Shown: positions 36,358-47,232 of the stretch, piece by piece
How the letters are laid out: each line of letters begins with the position of its first letter
How positions within the stretch are numbered: the first letter of the stretch is position 1
Assembly: GCA_003483065.1 (NCBI GenBank)
Contig: DMWY01000001.1
Location: 72,606-136,605 of the forward strand
DNA: 64,000 nt
Source of the DNA: Candidatus Moraniibacteriota bacterium
Lineage (GTDB): Bacteria > Patescibacteriota > Minisyncoccia > Moranbacterales > UBA2206
Direction of reading: 5' to 3'
Notes under the pieces: model-generated
Database searches by the model: none
The model's input: the letters and a program-made list of their open reading frames with translations, nothing else
Told to the model about the DNA's origin: nothing
Translations under genes and position numbers: made by a program

Positions 36358-38976
36358 CTATTTCTCAAAAACCAATTTTTCTTTTTCGAGATCAATCTTG
36401 ACCTTCTCCCCTTCTTTGATTTTTCCTTCAATTATTTGAAGTGCCAACTCGTCTAAGATTTCGTTTTGGATAATTCGCTTGAGTGGGCGAGCGCCGTAGG
36501 CGGGGTCGAAACCTTTTTTGGCGAGATATTTTTTAGCTTCTTTAGAGAGAGTTATTTTGATGTTTTTGTCACTTAGGCGGGATTGAATTTTTTGCAGTTC
36601 CAGTTCAGTGATGAGACTGAGCATTTTAGGATTGATTGGATGAAAGATAATTATCTCGTCCAGACGATTCAAAAATTCCGGTTTGAAATTTTCTCGCAAG
36701 GACGACAAAACTTTTTCCTTCATTTCCTCTTCGCCTAAAACTTCTTGTTCTTGGTCATCTTTGAAACCTAATCCGCTTTTGTAAATTATATCGGAACCGA
36801 TATTGGAAGTCATAATCACCACGGTATTTTTGAAATTAACTTTCCGACCCTTAGCGTCAGTCAGATGCCCTTCGTCCAAGAGCTGAAGCATAATATTGAA
36901 AACTTGCGAATTGGCTTTTTCAATTTCATCAAACAGAATTACGCTGTAGGGTTTTTTGCGGATGATTTCCGTGAGTTGTCCTCCTTCTTCATATCCCACG
37001 TACCCAGGAGGCGAACCGATGAGTTTAGAAACGCTGTGCGATTCCATATATTCGCTCATATCCACGCGAATCATCGCGGATTCATCATCAAAAAGAAATT
37101 CAGCCAAAGCTTTCGCGAGTTCTGTTTTCCCTACTCCAGTTGGACCCAAAAAAATAAATGAACCAATTGGTCGATTAGGTTGTGAAATGCCGGAGCGTGA
37201 TCGCCTAATGGCATTAGAAACAGCCTTAATCGCCTCTTCTTGACCCACCACCCTGTGCGATAATTCCTGCTCCATAGCGACTAATTTTTCTGATTCATCT
37301 TGAATCATTTTCGACACAGGAATGCCAGTCCAACGCGAAACAACCTTGGCAATATCCTCCGGCGTCACTTCTTCCTTGAGAATGGCATTTTTACTTTGAA
37401 TGTTATCTAGCTTATTTTTCTCCAGTTTAATTTTTTTCTCCAGTTCCGGAATTTTTCCATAACGAATTTCAGCTACCTTGTCCAACTCCATTTTTCGCTC
37501 GGAAATTTCCGCTTCAGATTTCAGCTGTTCAATTTCAGCTGAATGCTTTCTGATATTGGTTATCAAATCCTTTTCCATTTTCCATTGCAACATTATCTTT
37601 TGCGACTGCTCTTTCGTTTCCGCTAATTTTTTGTTTAGTTCCCGAGTTCTTTTTTTTGATTCTGGATTTTTTTCTTTTTCCAAAGCTTTCTTTTCAATTT
37701 CCATTCGGCGCATCAGTCTTTGAGTTGAATCAATTTCGGCTGGCATTGAATCAATTTCCATGCGCATTGCGCTAGTGGCTTCATCAATTAAATCTACTGC
37801 TTTATCTGGCAAAAATCGGTCGGTAATGTAGCGATCAGAAAGCTTCACCGCTTCCCAAATAGCACTATCCGTTATTTTTACCCCATGATGCACCTCATAT
37901 TTTTCCTTGAGACCGCGTAAAATTGCAATCGTATCTTCCAGAGATGGCTCAGCCACAATAATGGGCTGAAAACGTCGCTCCAGCGCCGTATCCTTCTCAA
38001 TATATTTTTGATATTCGCGCGTAGTTGTCGCACCAATCATTTTTATTCTTCCACGCGCAAGCGCAGGTTTCAACATATTTGAAGCATCCATGGCGCCTTC
38101 AATCGCTCCTGCGCCCACGAGAGTGTGGAGTTCATCAATAAAAAGAATATACTTGCCAGCGCCTCGATCAATTTCATTGATAATCGCTTTTAGTCTTTCT
38201 TCAAATTCACCACGAAACTTTGTGCCAGCCAAAAGAGAACCGAGATCCAGCGAAACTAAGATTTTATCCTTGAGTGTTTCCGGTACATCACCATCGGCAA
38301 TCCTTTGCGCCAAACCTTCTGCTATGGCTGTTTTGCCAGTGCCTGCTTCTCCAATGAGCACGGGATTATTCTTGGTTCTTCGGCTCAAAACTTGCATCAC
38401 GCGACGAATCTCGCTGTCCCTGCCAATGACCGGATCAAGCTTTTTGTTTCTAGCGAGTTCCGTGAGATTCACGGCATATTTTTCCATTACCTGAAGTTTT
38501 GATTCTGGCTCAGGTGAGTCAACTCTTTGTCCTCCTCGAATTTGAGAAAGTGTTTTTAGAACTTCTTCATAATTTATGCCTCTTTTTTCCAGAAATTCTT
38601 TATAGGGAGTTTTGATTGATAGGAAAGATAATAGAATATGTTCCGTGGAAATATATTCATCTCCGATTTTCTTGGCTTCTTGCTGAGCGCCATTTAGAAT
38701 CACAATTACTTCGGGCGTGATGAAAATTTGAGCAATATTACCACCATTTTTTGGATTTTTTGGATAACTGTCAATAATATCCATTATTTCCGCTCCGATT
38801 TTTTCCGGATTTATTTCTAGTTTTTTGATAACGAGTGGCACAGAAGAATTTTCTTGATTTATTAGTGCGTAGAGCAAATGAAAAGCATCCACCTGGGGTT
38901 GGTTTTTTATTATGGCTAATTCCTGCGAATCTCGCAGGGCCTCTTGAGACTTGGTAGTGAGCTTATTTAGATCCAT
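36358..38976 (-). CDS. clpB: ATP-dependent chaperone ClpB
   Basis: Clp N-domain, two AAA+ modules ([26 protein letters not shown]) and a long coiled-coil M-domain. 872 aa. Confidence 0.9.
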   Translation of the reverse strand: MDLNKLTTKSQEALRDSQELAIIKNQPQVDAFHLLYALINQENSSVPLVIKKLEINPEKIGAEIMDIIDSYPKNPKNGGNIAQIFITPEVIVILNGAQQEAKKIGDEYISTEHILLSFLSIKTPYKEFLEKRGINYEEVLKTLSQIRGGQRVDSPEPESKLQVMEKYAVNLTELARNKKLDPVIGRDSEIRRVMQVLSRRTKNNPVLIGEAGTGKTAIAEGLAQRIADGDVPETLKDKILVSLDLGSLLAGTKFRGEFEERLKAIINEIDRGAGKYILFIDELHTLVGAGAIEGAMDASNMLKPALARGRIKMIGATTTREYQKYIEKDTALERRFQPIIVAEPSLEDTIAILRGLKEKYEVHHGVKITDSAIWEAVKLSDRYITDRFLPDKAVDLIDEATSAMRMEIDSMPAEIDSTQRLMRRMEIEKKALEKEKNPESKKRTRELNKKLAETKEQSQKIMLQWKMEKDLITNIRKHSAEIEQLKSEAEISERKMELDKVAEIRYGKIPELEKKIKLEKNKLDNIQSKNAILKEEVTPEDIAKVVSRWTGIPVSKMIQDESEKLVAMEQELSHRVVGQEEAIKAVSNAIRRSRSGISQPNRPIGSFIFLGPTGVGKTELAKALAEFLFDDESAMIRVDMSEYMESHSVSKLIGSPPGYVGYEEGGQLTEIIRKKPYSVILFDEIEKANSQVFNIMLQLLDEGHLTDAKGRKVNFKNTVVIMTSNIGSDIIYKSGLGFKDDQEQEVLGEEEMKEKVLSSLRENFKPEFLNRLDEIIIFHPINPKMLSLITELELQKIQSRLSDKNIKITLSKEAKKYLAKKGFDPAYGARPLKRIIQNEILDELALQIIEGKIKEGEKVKIDLEKEKLVFEK

Positions 38977-38984
38977 GTTATTAT

Positions 38985-40349
38985 TTATGATTTATTTTTC
39001 TCCACTAATTTTACTTCTATATTTTTTTCTACACCCGTATGCCAAATTTTAAGTGTAATTATATCATTCACGCTATATTGAGAAATTAGGGATGAAAGAT
39101 CATTTTCACTATCTTCTGCGCTAATTTTTTTGCCATCTATCTCTAGCACTATATCATTCTCAACTAAGTCCGCCTTATCAGCTGGCGAACCAGGCATCAC
39201 AGCAAAATCAGTAATCTTATCACCTCGTGCCACCAAAGCACCATAATTATACGGCAAATCGTTTTCTTTTTGCAAGGCCTTATCAATCAAAACATAGCGA
39301 ACCCCCAGATAGGGCGTCGAAATTTTGCCAGTTTTTTTCACTTGTTCAGTGATTTTCTTGACTTGATTTACTGGAATAGCAAATCCAATATTTTGCGCGC
39401 CTTGAGCGATTGCTACACTCACTCCGATTACTTGACCATCGATATTCAAAAGTGGTCCGCCAGAATTTCCAGGGTTAATTGCGGCGTCAGTTTGAATTAT
39501 GTTATTTAGTTTTTCTGCTTGTCCCCTTCCATCTCCAGCAGTCAGACTTCTCTTGAGACCAGAAATAATGCCTCGACTCACAGTGTTGGAAAATTCACCC
39601 AAGGAATTTCCAATCGCGACGACTGTTTGTCCGATTTGGATTGAATCGGAATCGCCTAGTTCCAAAGTTGTAAAATTATCTCCTTCAATTTTTATAATCG
39701 CAATATCATTATTCGGATCAACGGCCAAAACTTTGGCTGGATATTCCTTGTCGTCATTTGTGACTACAGTATAATCCGCTGAAGAATCATCCACTACATG
39801 ACGATTAGTGACAATCATTCCATCTTTTGTTATGAAAAATCCAGTTCCGCCTCCAATGGTTTGCTTCCTCGTCCCTTCCAAATCATCATTTGTTCCTCCG
39901 CTTTGTGGACCAAAATAAAATTCAAAAGGTGTTCCAAAAAAATTAGGCAAATTACCAAAATTTTGAATTTTTGGCACATCCCGAGAAATCACAATGCTTA
40001 CCACTGCTGGTGCAGAATTTTTCACCACATCAATCACGGCTGAATCTTCTTGGACTATCTTTTGTTTAATTATGTTATTCTCTGACGCATCCTTTCGAGA
40101 GAATAACTCGCTAATACCTTTGTTTTTGAAAATAGAAAAAATCTTGGCACTATCTTTTGAAGCTAAAAAGCCAAAAATAGCCCCTGTACCAGCCGAGATA
40201 AAAATAATTGCAATAATCAACGCCAAAATAGGCAGTGTTTTACCGTGGCCGGTTTTTTTTGTAGTTATTTCTACTTCTTCTGTGTTTTTTATGTTGTCTG
40301 TATTTTCCATATTTTTATTTTTTTCACTCCAAAGATTCCACTGGAACAT
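38985..40349 (-). CDS. htrA: serine protease HtrA/DegP with PDZ domain
   Basis: Intact catalytic triad context (TNRHVV, DIAIIKI, GNSGGPL), N-terminal TM and C-terminal PDZ. Confidence 0.85.
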   Translation of the reverse strand: MFQWNLWSEKNKNMENTDNIKNTEEVEITTKKTGHGKTLPILALIIAIIFISAGTGAIFGFLASKDSAKIFSIFKNKGISELFSRKDASENNIIKQKIVQEDSAVIDVVKNSAPAVVSIVISRDVPKIQNFGNLPNFFGTPFEFYFGPQSGGTNDDLEGTRKQTIGGGTGFFITKDGMIVTNRHVVDDSSADYTVVTNDDKEYPAKVLAVDPNNDIAIIKIEGDNFTTLELGDSDSIQIGQTVVAIGNSLGEFSNTVSRGIISGLKRSLTAGDGRGQAEKLNNIIQTDAAINPGNSGGPLLNIDGQVIGVSVAIAQGAQNIGFAIPVNQVKKITEQVKKTGKISTPYLGVRYVLIDKALQKENDLPYNYGALVARGDKITDFAVMPGSPADKADLVENDIVLEIDGKKISAEDSENDLSSLISQYSVNDIITLKIWHTGVEKNIEVKLVEKNKS

Positions 40350-40417
40350 TGGGAGCGGTTTTAATAGTTAGCTATTTTATTAAGAACACAAAAAATAATA
40401 CAGTTTTAGGGAAAAAT

Positions 40418-40609
40418 TTATTCCATTGAAATTGCGCTCACTGGACAACTATCAATCACTTCTTGGCAATCACAATCACCACAATCATCAGCTATTACTT
40501 TTGATTTCATACCCTTACCTTCATCTTCTAATTTAAATACATTCGGACAAAGAGTCTCGCAGGTTCCACAACCGATGCAGAGATCTTCGTTTACTTTTGC
40601 TTTTGGCAT
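40418..40609 (-). CDS. ferredoxin (single 4Fe-4S type)
   Basis: CIGCGTCETLCP plus a distal Cys (CPVSA). 63 aa. Confidence 0.8.
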   Translation of the reverse strand: MPKAKVNEDLCIGCGTCETLCPNVFKLEDEGKGMKSKVIADDCGDCDCQEVIDSCPVSAISME

Positions 40610-40635
40610 AATTTTATTTATAATTAATTATTAAC

Positions 40636-41691
40636 TTAAAATATTATCGATGGATCATTAATGGGATTTTCTAGTAAATCATTCTCATACTCTCGCAAGG
40701 ATTTATCACGGAATTCCACTTGCTTAGTTTCGTTGTTCCAACTAAATTTCCCAATTGGAATGAAAATCCGATAATCTTTCTTGGCGTCCAATAGCCACTG
40801 AGCGAAGGTTTTGGTCGGAACAAATATCTGACTTATTTTCAATAAATCCTGCTCATCTTGATTTTTTTTGTCTTCAACTAAAACTATATGGAATCCAATT
40901 GAACTTTCAATGATCTCGCTTTGTTCGCCTTTTTCCAGATTGAAAATGGCGCTGGCTACTTCCGGGAGCATTTGATTGGCGCTAAACCAGCCTAGCGCCC
41001 CACCATTTTTGGCGCTTTCGCCCTGGGAATATTTCTTGGCGGTATCAGAAAAACTCAGATCTTTTTCAAGATCATTTTTAGCCTGGTTGATTTTTTTGCG
41101 CGCTTCTTCAAAAGACGTGTCATTTTTTTGAATATCTGCAAATACTTTTTCTTGATACAGATCTGGCTTTACTATATTTTTCTTGAAATCATCCACACTC
41201 CAGCCGTATAATTTTTCTAAATTATTTTTGAGATAATCTTGGGTACCATATTCTTTCATTTTTCTGTCCACTTCTTGATCAAGCAATTCTTTTGAAATCA
41301 CGATGCCTTTCCTCCTCGCTTCTTTTTCAATGATGGCATCGTCAATTAGTTTATTGAGAATATTTTTTTCTTTTATGAATAATCTTTTCTGGCCATCGGT
41401 AGTTCCAAAATCAACTCGTAAGCCCATCTTCGAAAAATCCTGGCTCTCATAAAACTTTTTAGCTCCAGCAAGTTGATCTTGTAATCTTTCAGTAGTGATA
41501 AAAATAGAACTAGAAAAAGCAGATGGATAAGGAATGATTTCGGCAGTTGCTCGTACAACGCGGTTTTCGTTTTCTGGAAAGAAACAAAGAAATGCGCCAA
41601 TAGCGGTGATATAAGCCAAAATCAAAATGACAAAAGTTTTGATGATAGTTTGAATTTTTATTCTTCTTTCTTCTTTTTTCTGTTTGTTCAT
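40636..41691 (-). CDS. membrane-anchored parvulin-type peptidyl-prolyl isomerase (PrsA/SurA-like foldase)
   Basis: N-terminal TM, SurA-N-like helical region, PpiC domain (ESAKNGGALGWF...GFHIV). Confidence 0.75.
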   Translation of the reverse strand: MNKQKKEERRIKIQTIIKTFVILILAYITAIGAFLCFFPENENRVVRATAEIIPYPSAFSSSIFITTERLQDQLAGAKKFYESQDFSKMGLRVDFGTTDGQKRLFIKEKNILNKLIDDAIIEKEARRKGIVISKELLDQEVDRKMKEYGTQDYLKNNLEKLYGWSVDDFKKNIVKPDLYQEKVFADIQKNDTSFEEARKKINQAKNDLEKDLSFSDTAKKYSQGESAKNGGALGWFSANQMLPEVASAIFNLEKGEQSEIIESSIGFHIVLVEDKKNQDEQDLLKISQIFVPTKTFAQWLLDAKKDYRIFIPIGKFSWNNETKQVEFRDKSLREYENDLLENPINDPSIIF

Positions 41692-41694
41692 TTT

Positions 41695-42150
41695 TTATTT
41701 ATTAAAAAAATAATTCCACCATTTCAAAAGATTGGAAGTTTTTTCTGTAGGATAGGTGTTTTGATTGTCATTTTTTGTTTCCAGCTCTTGTGTTTTTTGG
41801 GTTGGGATATCTAGGTCTTGCGTAATGACCACAACATTCTCATTGGGATCTTGAAGATCAAGTTTGTCTTTAGCTTGAATTTTTTGGTAATCCTGACTGC
41901 TAAGGTATGCTATCCGTTCTTCCAAGCTCATATTTTCTTGCTTTATTTTTTCTGCTTGCTCCTTCAATGCTTCTATTTCACTTTCTACTACCTTTTTCTT
42001 GGAAAATTCTTTATACAATGAAAAACTCAAGAAACCAAAAGCAATGATAGCGAGAAAAATAATGGGTCCAATTTTCCAAGAACCACTTGAATCTTTATTT
42101 TTCATTAAATTATTTTTTTTATTTAATTTAATATTGGAGTGCTGGCGCAA
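41695..42150 (-). CDS. ftsB: septum formation initiator (FtsB/DivIC-like)
   Basis: Single TM followed by coiled coil and RIAYLSSQDY...DKLDL motif typical of FtsB/DivIC. The true start may be the internal MKNKD. Confidence 0.55.
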   Translation of the reverse strand: MRQHSNIKLNKKNNLMKNKDSSGSWKIGPIIFLAIIAFGFLSFSLYKEFSKKKVVESEIEALKEQAEKIKQENMSLEERIAYLSSQDYQKIQAKDKLDLQDPNENVVVITQDLDIPTQKTQELETKNDNQNTYPTEKTSNLLKWWNYFFNK

Positions 42151-42238
42151 TAGTAAAGGCCACCATTGCTAAAACTGCAACGATTGAAATCACCAACCAA
42201 ATTCTTTGTATCCATTTTCGACTTCGTTTTGTTCTCAT
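42128..42238 (-). CDS. possible small membrane protein (36 aa)
   Basis: MRTKRSRKWIQRIWLVISIVAVLAMVAFTIAPALQY: basic N-terminus plus one TM, between lepA and ftsB on the same strand. Not in the ORF track. Confidence 0.2.
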   Translation of the reverse strand: MRTKRSRKWIQRIWLVISIVAVLAMVAFTIAPALQY

Positions 42239-42275
42239 ATTTTTATTATATCAGAAAAGTTAAAATTCGACAAAA

Positions 42276-44129
42276 CTATTTTTTCAATACTGACAAAAAA
42301 GCTTCTGGCGGGATAGAAACTCGCCCAATATTCTTCATTTTCTTTTTGCCTTTTTTCTGTTTTTCTAAAAGTTTTCTTTTTCTAGTGATATCCCCACCAT
42401 AAAGTCCACTAATCACATCTTTTCGAAAAGCCTTAATAGTTTCTCTGGCAATTATTTTTCCACCAATAGAAGCCTGGATAGCCACTTGAAAATTTTGTCG
42501 AGGGATAACATCTTTGAGTTTTGTCACTACTCTTTTTCCTTCTGAATTAGCCTTTTCTCTTGGCACAATCCGCGAAAAAGCTTCAATTTTTTCTTCCGCT
42601 ACTAAAATGTCCATTTTTACCAAATCATATGAGCGATAATCTTTGACTTCATAATTCATCGAAGCATAGCCCGAAGAAGCACTTTTCAAATCATCATGCA
42701 AATTTGTCACCACATCTGTGAGTGGACAATCAAATTTAATCACCATTCTTTCGCTGTCCAGATATTCAGTGTCTTGATACTGTGCTCGAGTATTGTTCAT
42801 TACTTCCATAATCGGACCTAGATAATTAGAAGGAGAAACAATTTCCAAGCTCACATATGGCTCAAAAACCTCTTCTATTTCAGAAGGATCAGGAAATTCT
42901 GTCGGTGAATAAACTTTGATTCGCCCCTTATCATTTCGCAGTTTTATTTCATAAACAACACTGGGAGTAGTGACGGTTGGATTGATTTGGAATTCTCTTT
43001 GCAAGCGAGATTGAATAATTTCTAAATGCAAAAGTCCCAAAAATCCGCAACGAAAACCACGTCCCAAGGCTAAATTAGATTCTGGTTCAAAAACAAATGA
43101 GGCATCATTGAGCTTGAGTTTGTCGAGTGAATCACGCATCAAATTATAGTCATCACCTTCGACTGGATAGAAACTGGCATAAACCATCGGCACCACCTCC
43201 TTGTACCCAGGTAGTGGAACTACCTGGGTCGCAGACTCACGCAGACTTGACGCTGACCTTCGCTGAATTTTTTCCGCGTTTTTCCGCGTTCCGTCCGCGT
43301 TAGTCCGCGACGTAATCGTATCGCCTACCTTGCATTCCCCGACGCTTTTGAGTCCTGTGGCAATATAGCCAATTTCACCTACGGAAAGTTTTTCTGCTTT
43401 CACAAGTTCTGGCTTGAAATAACCTACTTCAATCACATCACTTTTTTTGTCATTTATCATCATAATAATTTCTTCTTCGGCCCGAATTTCGCCGTCAAAA
43501 ACCCGCACATGCGCCAACACACCCTTATAGGTATCATATTTTGAATCAAAAATAAGTGCCCGCAAAGTTTTTTGAGAATCTCCAATAGGCGCCGGAATTT
43601 TTTCCACAATTATTTCCAAAAGTTTGGCAACGCCCTGTCCGGTCTTACCAGAAACTTCCAAAATTTCTTCTTCTTTGCACCCCAAGATATGCACTATTTC
43701 TTTTTTGACTTTTTCTACGTTTGCATTTGGCAAATCAATTTTGTTGACCACAGGAATAATTTCCAAATTATGCTCAATGGCTTGATAGAGATTAGCCAAG
43801 GTTTGCGCCTGCACACCCTTGGTCGCATCCACCAAAAGCACTGCCCCTTCTACCGCTGCGAGTGACCGCGAAACTTCATACCCAAAATCCACATGTCCTG
43901 GGGTGTCAATTAAGTTGAAAATATACTCCTTATAATTCATGCGCACGGGTTGCATCTTAATGGTAATCCCTCGTTCCCGTTCCAAATCCATCTGATCCAA
44001 AAGTTGCTCTTTCATTTTGCGTTTTTCAATCGTCCCTGTCATTTCCAACATCCGATCAGACAAAGTCGATTTCCCATGGTCAATGTGAGCGATTATGCAA
44101 AAATTTCGAATATTGTTTTTTTCTGACAT
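42276..44129 (-). CDS. lepA: translation elongation factor 4 (LepA)
   Basis: G-domain (AHIDHGKST, DTPGHVDF) and the LepA-specific C-terminal domain. Confidence 0.9.
   Translation of the reverse strand: MSEKNNIRNFCIIAHIDHGKSTLSDRMLEMTGTIEKRKMKEQLLDQMDLERERGITIKMQPVRMNYKEYIFNLIDTPGHVDFGYEVSRSLAAVEGAVLLVDATKGVQAQTLANLYQAIEHNLEIIPVVNKIDLPNANVEKVKKEIVHILGCKEEEILEVSGKTGQGVAKLLEIIVEKIPAPIGDSQKTLRALIFDSKYDTYKGVLAHVRVFDGEIRAEEEIIMMINDKKSDVIEVGYFKPELVKAEKLSVGEIGYIATGLKSVGECKVGDTITSRTNADGTRKNAEKIQRRSASSLRESATQVVPLPGYKEVVPMVYASFYPVEGDDYNLMRDSLDKLKLNDASFVFEPESNLALGRGFRCGFLGLLHLEIIQSRLQREFQINPTVTTPSVVYEIKLRNDKGRIKVYSPTEFPDPSEIEEVFEPYVSLEIVSPSNYLGPIMEVMNNTRAQYQDTEYLDSERMVIKFDCPLTDVVTNLHDDLKSASSGYASMNYEVKDYRSYDLVKMDILVAEEKIEAFSRIVPREKANSEGKRVVTKLKDVIPRQNFQVAIQASIGGKIIARETIKAFRKDVISGLYGGDITRKRKLLEKQKKGKKKMKNIGRVSIPPEAFLSVLKK
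43205..43312. repeat. GC-rich hairpin plus TCCGCGT direct repeats embedded in-frame in lepA
   Basis: ACCCAGGTAG-tggaa-CTACCTGGGT (43205-43229) then four TCCGCG(T) copies (43268-43312). Encodes ~20 extra residues (DGTRKNAEKIQRRSASSLRESATQV) between conserved GDTIT and PLPGYKEV. Confidence 0.65.
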
Positions 44130-44192
44130 ATTTTTTTACTTTCTTATTTTTAAATTACTACCATATATAGGCGAATGGTAGTGATGTATATT

Positions 44193-45029
44193 TTAATCTA
44201 GCGGACTTTTAATTTTTCTCAAGGCTGGATTAGTCACTTTGGTATAAATTTGTGTTGTTCTAATGTTAGCATGCCCCAAGAGCTCTTGTACATAGCGCAC
44301 GTCTGTTCCATTTTCGAGTAAGTGTGTCGCAAAACTATGTCGAAGTGAATGAAATGTGGCTTCTTTTTTTATCCCCGCTTTTTTCATGGCATTTTCAAAA
44401 ACTTTTTGCGCTGTCCTCTCGGTTAATTTCCCCTGCCTCATCGGCAGACAAGCTCCGCGTTCACTGGCAAAAAAATAATCATTAGAATTTTTATTGGCAA
44501 TTAATTTTTCTACATCCGCCACGAGCTTTTCCGGAAAAACCGTAATGCGATCTTTGTTGCCTTTAGCTCCTTTGATATGAATGATAAGTTCCGCCAAATT
44601 TATATCCTTGATTTTCAAATTAATAATCTCACTCACGCGTAGCCCTCCAGAATATGCCAACGCCACCATTAATTTGTGTTTTTCATTGGAAATTTCCGCC
44701 AATATTTTTCCAATTTCATCTCGAGACAAAACGATCGGTAATTTACTTGGCGTTTTGGCGAAATGAATGTCAATTTTTCCTCTATATTTCAAAACATTCC
44801 AACAGAAAAAGTTTATCGCTTGCAAATTTTGATTAGTAGTTTGTGACGACTTCCCATCATCAATTTTGGACAATATATATCGCTTGATAAAATCAATGTC
44901 TACTTTTCCAAAATTATCTTTTTTGGCTTTTAGATAATTTTCAACACAAGCCGAATATGCTTTCACAGTTTTTGGACTATATTTTCTCAATCTCAACTCA
45001 TCTTCTAATTTTTTCAAATAGACGTCCAT
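44193..45029 (-). CDS. tyrosine recombinase (XerC/XerD-like integrase)
   Basis: Full catalytic set R...K...HxxR...H...Y (GGLRVSE, GAKGNKDR, HSLRHSFATH, LGHANI, TQIYTKV). 278 aa. Confidence 0.8.
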   Translation of the reverse strand: MDVYLKKLEDELRLRKYSPKTVKAYSACVENYLKAKKDNFGKVDIDFIKRYILSKIDDGKSSQTTNQNLQAINFFCWNVLKYRGKIDIHFAKTPSKLPIVLSRDEIGKILAEISNEKHKLMVALAYSGGLRVSEIINLKIKDINLAELIIHIKGAKGNKDRITVFPEKLVADVEKLIANKNSNDYFFASERGACLPMRQGKLTERTAQKVFENAMKKAGIKKEATFHSLRHSFATHLLENGTDVRYVQELLGHANIRTTQIYTKVTNPALRKIKSPLD

Positions 45030-45237
45030 TGATTTTTTTGCTATAATAAAATTGTAATAAAATTATACACAATATTCGCAAACTTAGCAATATTATGTAC
45101 ACTATACGAAAACACTTCGCATATAAAAGAGTTAGCTGAAATATTTTTTTGTCTTTGGTGGTGATTTAAAATTTTAGTGCATTGAACAAAGACGAAAATT
45201 TGATTTTTTATTTATTTTAAGAGGGGTAAAAAGGAAT

Positions 45238-45822
45238 ATGTTTCAATATATAGTTTTAATCGGAGCGGTCGTGCAGTTGGTTGGTATATATGTTTATATT
45301 AGAGCAACTGTCCGTGGCGAAACAAAACCAAATAGAGTCACTTGGCTGATGTGGTCTGTGGCGCCATTGATTGGATCCGTCGCAGCTTTTTCTGACGGTG
45401 TTCGTTGGGCAGCGCTTCCAGTCTTCATGTCTGGTTTTGCGCCACTTCTTGTTTTCATTGCTTCTTTTGTAAATCCCAAATCATTTTGGAAGCTGGAAAA
45501 ATTTGATTATATTTGTGGAGCTTGTTCAATTTTGGCATTAGTTCTTTGGGGGATTACAAAAGAACCATTGATTGCGATTATTTTTTCAATCGCCAGTGAT
45601 GGATTTGCGGCAGTGCCAACTATTATTAAATCTTGGAAGCACCCAGATTCTGAATCTGTTGAAGCTTACACCACTGGATTGTTCAACTCATTGACGAGTT
45701 TTTTTGCACTGAGAACATTTGGTATTTCAGAACTGGCTTTTCCAATATATTTAGTTTTGGTAAATTCATCGTTGATTGCCGCCGTCTACAAAGGACGATT
45801 GAAAAAAATAATCGCAAAATAA
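45238..45822 (+). CDS. polytopic membrane protein, unknown function
   Basis: ~6 hydrophobic helices. Confidence 0.45.
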   Translation: MFQYIVLIGAVVQLVGIYVYIRATVRGETKPNRVTWLMWSVAPLIGSVAAFSDGVRWAALPVFMSGFAPLLVFIASFVNPKSFWKLEKFDYICGACSILALVLWGITKEPLIAIIFSIASDGFAAVPTIIKSWKHPDSESVEAYTTGLFNSLTSFFALRTFGISELAFPIYLVLVNSSLIAAVYKGRLKKIIAK

Positions 45823-45940
45823 GGAGTTTTGAATTTTGGGCATTCACCCCTGACCCCTCTGCCCAAAATCCAAAACAAAAATCAAATTTTCTATTAGAAT
45901 AAGCAAAGTTTGTGCTAATAAAATAGAAGACAAAAAAATA

Positions 45941-46030
45941 CATCAGCTAACACGGCATATCTGGTTCAGAAATTTTGCACATATAATAAAATAAGGAAGG
46001 CAAAACTTCTTCTCCCAAATTGCGCTGTGG
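45941..46030. repeat. ~95-bp structured intergenic repeat, copy 1
   Basis: CATCAGCTAACACGGCATATCTGGTTCAGAAATTTTGC-loop(AAGGAAGG)-GCAAAACTTCTTCTCCCAAAT. Copies at 46920-47010 and 47780-47922 show compensatory changes in the hairpin arms. Confidence 0.6.
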
Positions 46031-46099
46031 CAAGACAAAGTTTAGTGATATAATTAAGTCAGGTGGAAATTTGAAGTTTTAGCCAATAAATATGGGCGC

Positions 46100-46310
46100 A
46101 ACTTCAGATGATGCCGAAACGATATGCAAAATGTCTCTCCCTACGGTCGTTCCATTTTGCATATCGTGCGCGCCTGACGGACGCTGACATGCTCTGTGCC
46201 GTCCCTTCGGGAGCGACACATCGCATATCAGCGCCTATCCAAAATTTCCCTTCGAAAACCCTTCGGGATTTTCTCGGAAAACTTCGGATCAGGCGCGCAC
46301 GTTAAACGAA
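46100..46310. ncRNA. candidate structured RNA of unknown class (GC-rich)
   Basis: Perfect 14-bp hairpin CGATATGCAAAATG/CATTTTGCATATCG (46120-46166). An 11-bp long-range helix TGCGCGCCTGA (46167-46177) / TCAGGCGCGCA (46289-46299) encloses several CCC-TTCG-GGA tetraloop hairpins. ~55% GC in a ~34% GC background. Strand undetermined. Confidence 0.35.
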
Positions 46311-46440
46311 ATTTTGTTCAAAAATATTTTTTCATTTTATATTTGAGCCCTTTTGAAATTTTTTGGGAAAGAAAAAACCGCCTTGGAAAACCTTGGCGGA
46401 AGCAGTTGGTCTGCTCAGTCCATGTACGAAATTAGTTGGG

Positions 46441-46773
46441 TTAAAGATTGACACGCCAGCACCTACCTAAGTAATCAGAAAATTCTTGGGAAGTCATATC
46501 TCCGTCATGAATGTCAACATTGATACATAAAGTATCACTATAATTAAAGTACTGGTATCCAACAACCTCAAAACGCATAAACACATTGGCATGCCCGCCA
46601 GTAGCTTTATCTTTTTCTCCATCAATAACTTCAATAATAGTGCCAATTGGCAATATTACCGATGAGGAGGGTAAGTCGAGAAAGTACTCAAAAGAGTCGT
46701 CGACATCTTTCCAAAAGGCATGATTTTTTTCTTCGTTAACTGAATTATTGTTGATACAAAGAACAAATTTCAT
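46441..46773 (-). CDS. hypothetical acidic cytoplasmic protein (110 aa)
   Basis: Start reassigned to the ATG at 46773, preceded by AGGAGG. No recognisable domain. Confidence 0.45.
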   Translation of the reverse strand: MKFVLCINNNSVNEEKNHAFWKDVDDSFEYFLDLPSSSVILPIGTIIEVIDGEKDKATGGHANVFMRFEVVGYQYFNYSDTLCINVDIHDGDMTSQEFSDYLGRCWRVNL

Positions 46774-46919
46774 CTTCCTTCCTCCTGTTGTTGGATTTAA
46801 TGTGCTATTTGACGGGAAATTAGCGTTCAAAGTAGTATAGCAGAAAACGCTTATCCTGTCAAGACCACGAAAAAAAATTCAAAAGGGCTTTTTAATAAGG
46901 AGTATATTTTTGAACAAGA

Positions 46920-47010
46920 CATCGTTTAACAAAGAATATCTGGTTCAAAAAATTTGCCGCAGTTAAAACTAAAAGGAGGGCAAATTTTTCTCTCCCAAAT
47001 CCCGCACTTT
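46920..47010. repeat. ~95-bp structured intergenic repeat, copy 2
   Basis: CATCGTTTAACAAAGAATATCTGGTTCAAAAAATTTGCC-loop(AAGGAGGG)-GGCAAATTTTTCTCTCCCAAAT. Confidence 0.6.
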
Positions 47011-47232
47011 TCCGTTTCGCTGTAATTTAGAGTATAATGAGATTAATAAATCAATAGGAATGTTAAGGTTTTGTGCTTAAAAACCAAAGTGCAGGACTTC
47101 AGATATTCTTAAGCGTTATGCGAAAAAACTAAAAATTTACTCTCTATTTTGAAAAGAATTTTTGGCAATTTTGCTGGTCGATAACTTGGTGTATAATATA
47201 AATAAGTTTTAATAAATTAATTTAAAGTAATT

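Noticed and set aside
2379-43312. Amplification-chimera (MDA) artefact as the source of the in-gene palindromes
   Set aside because: Such chimeras produce long inverted duplications of native sequence. These are short, GC-rich, non-native sequences that keep the reading frame. An artefact cannot be fully excluded without reads.
46108-46435. ORFs 46108-46305 and 46196-46435 in the GC-rich island
   Set aside because: Arg-rich translations typical of GC-rich noncoding DNA, with no RBS or promoter motif. The sequence shows nested helices and tetraloops better explained as structured RNA.
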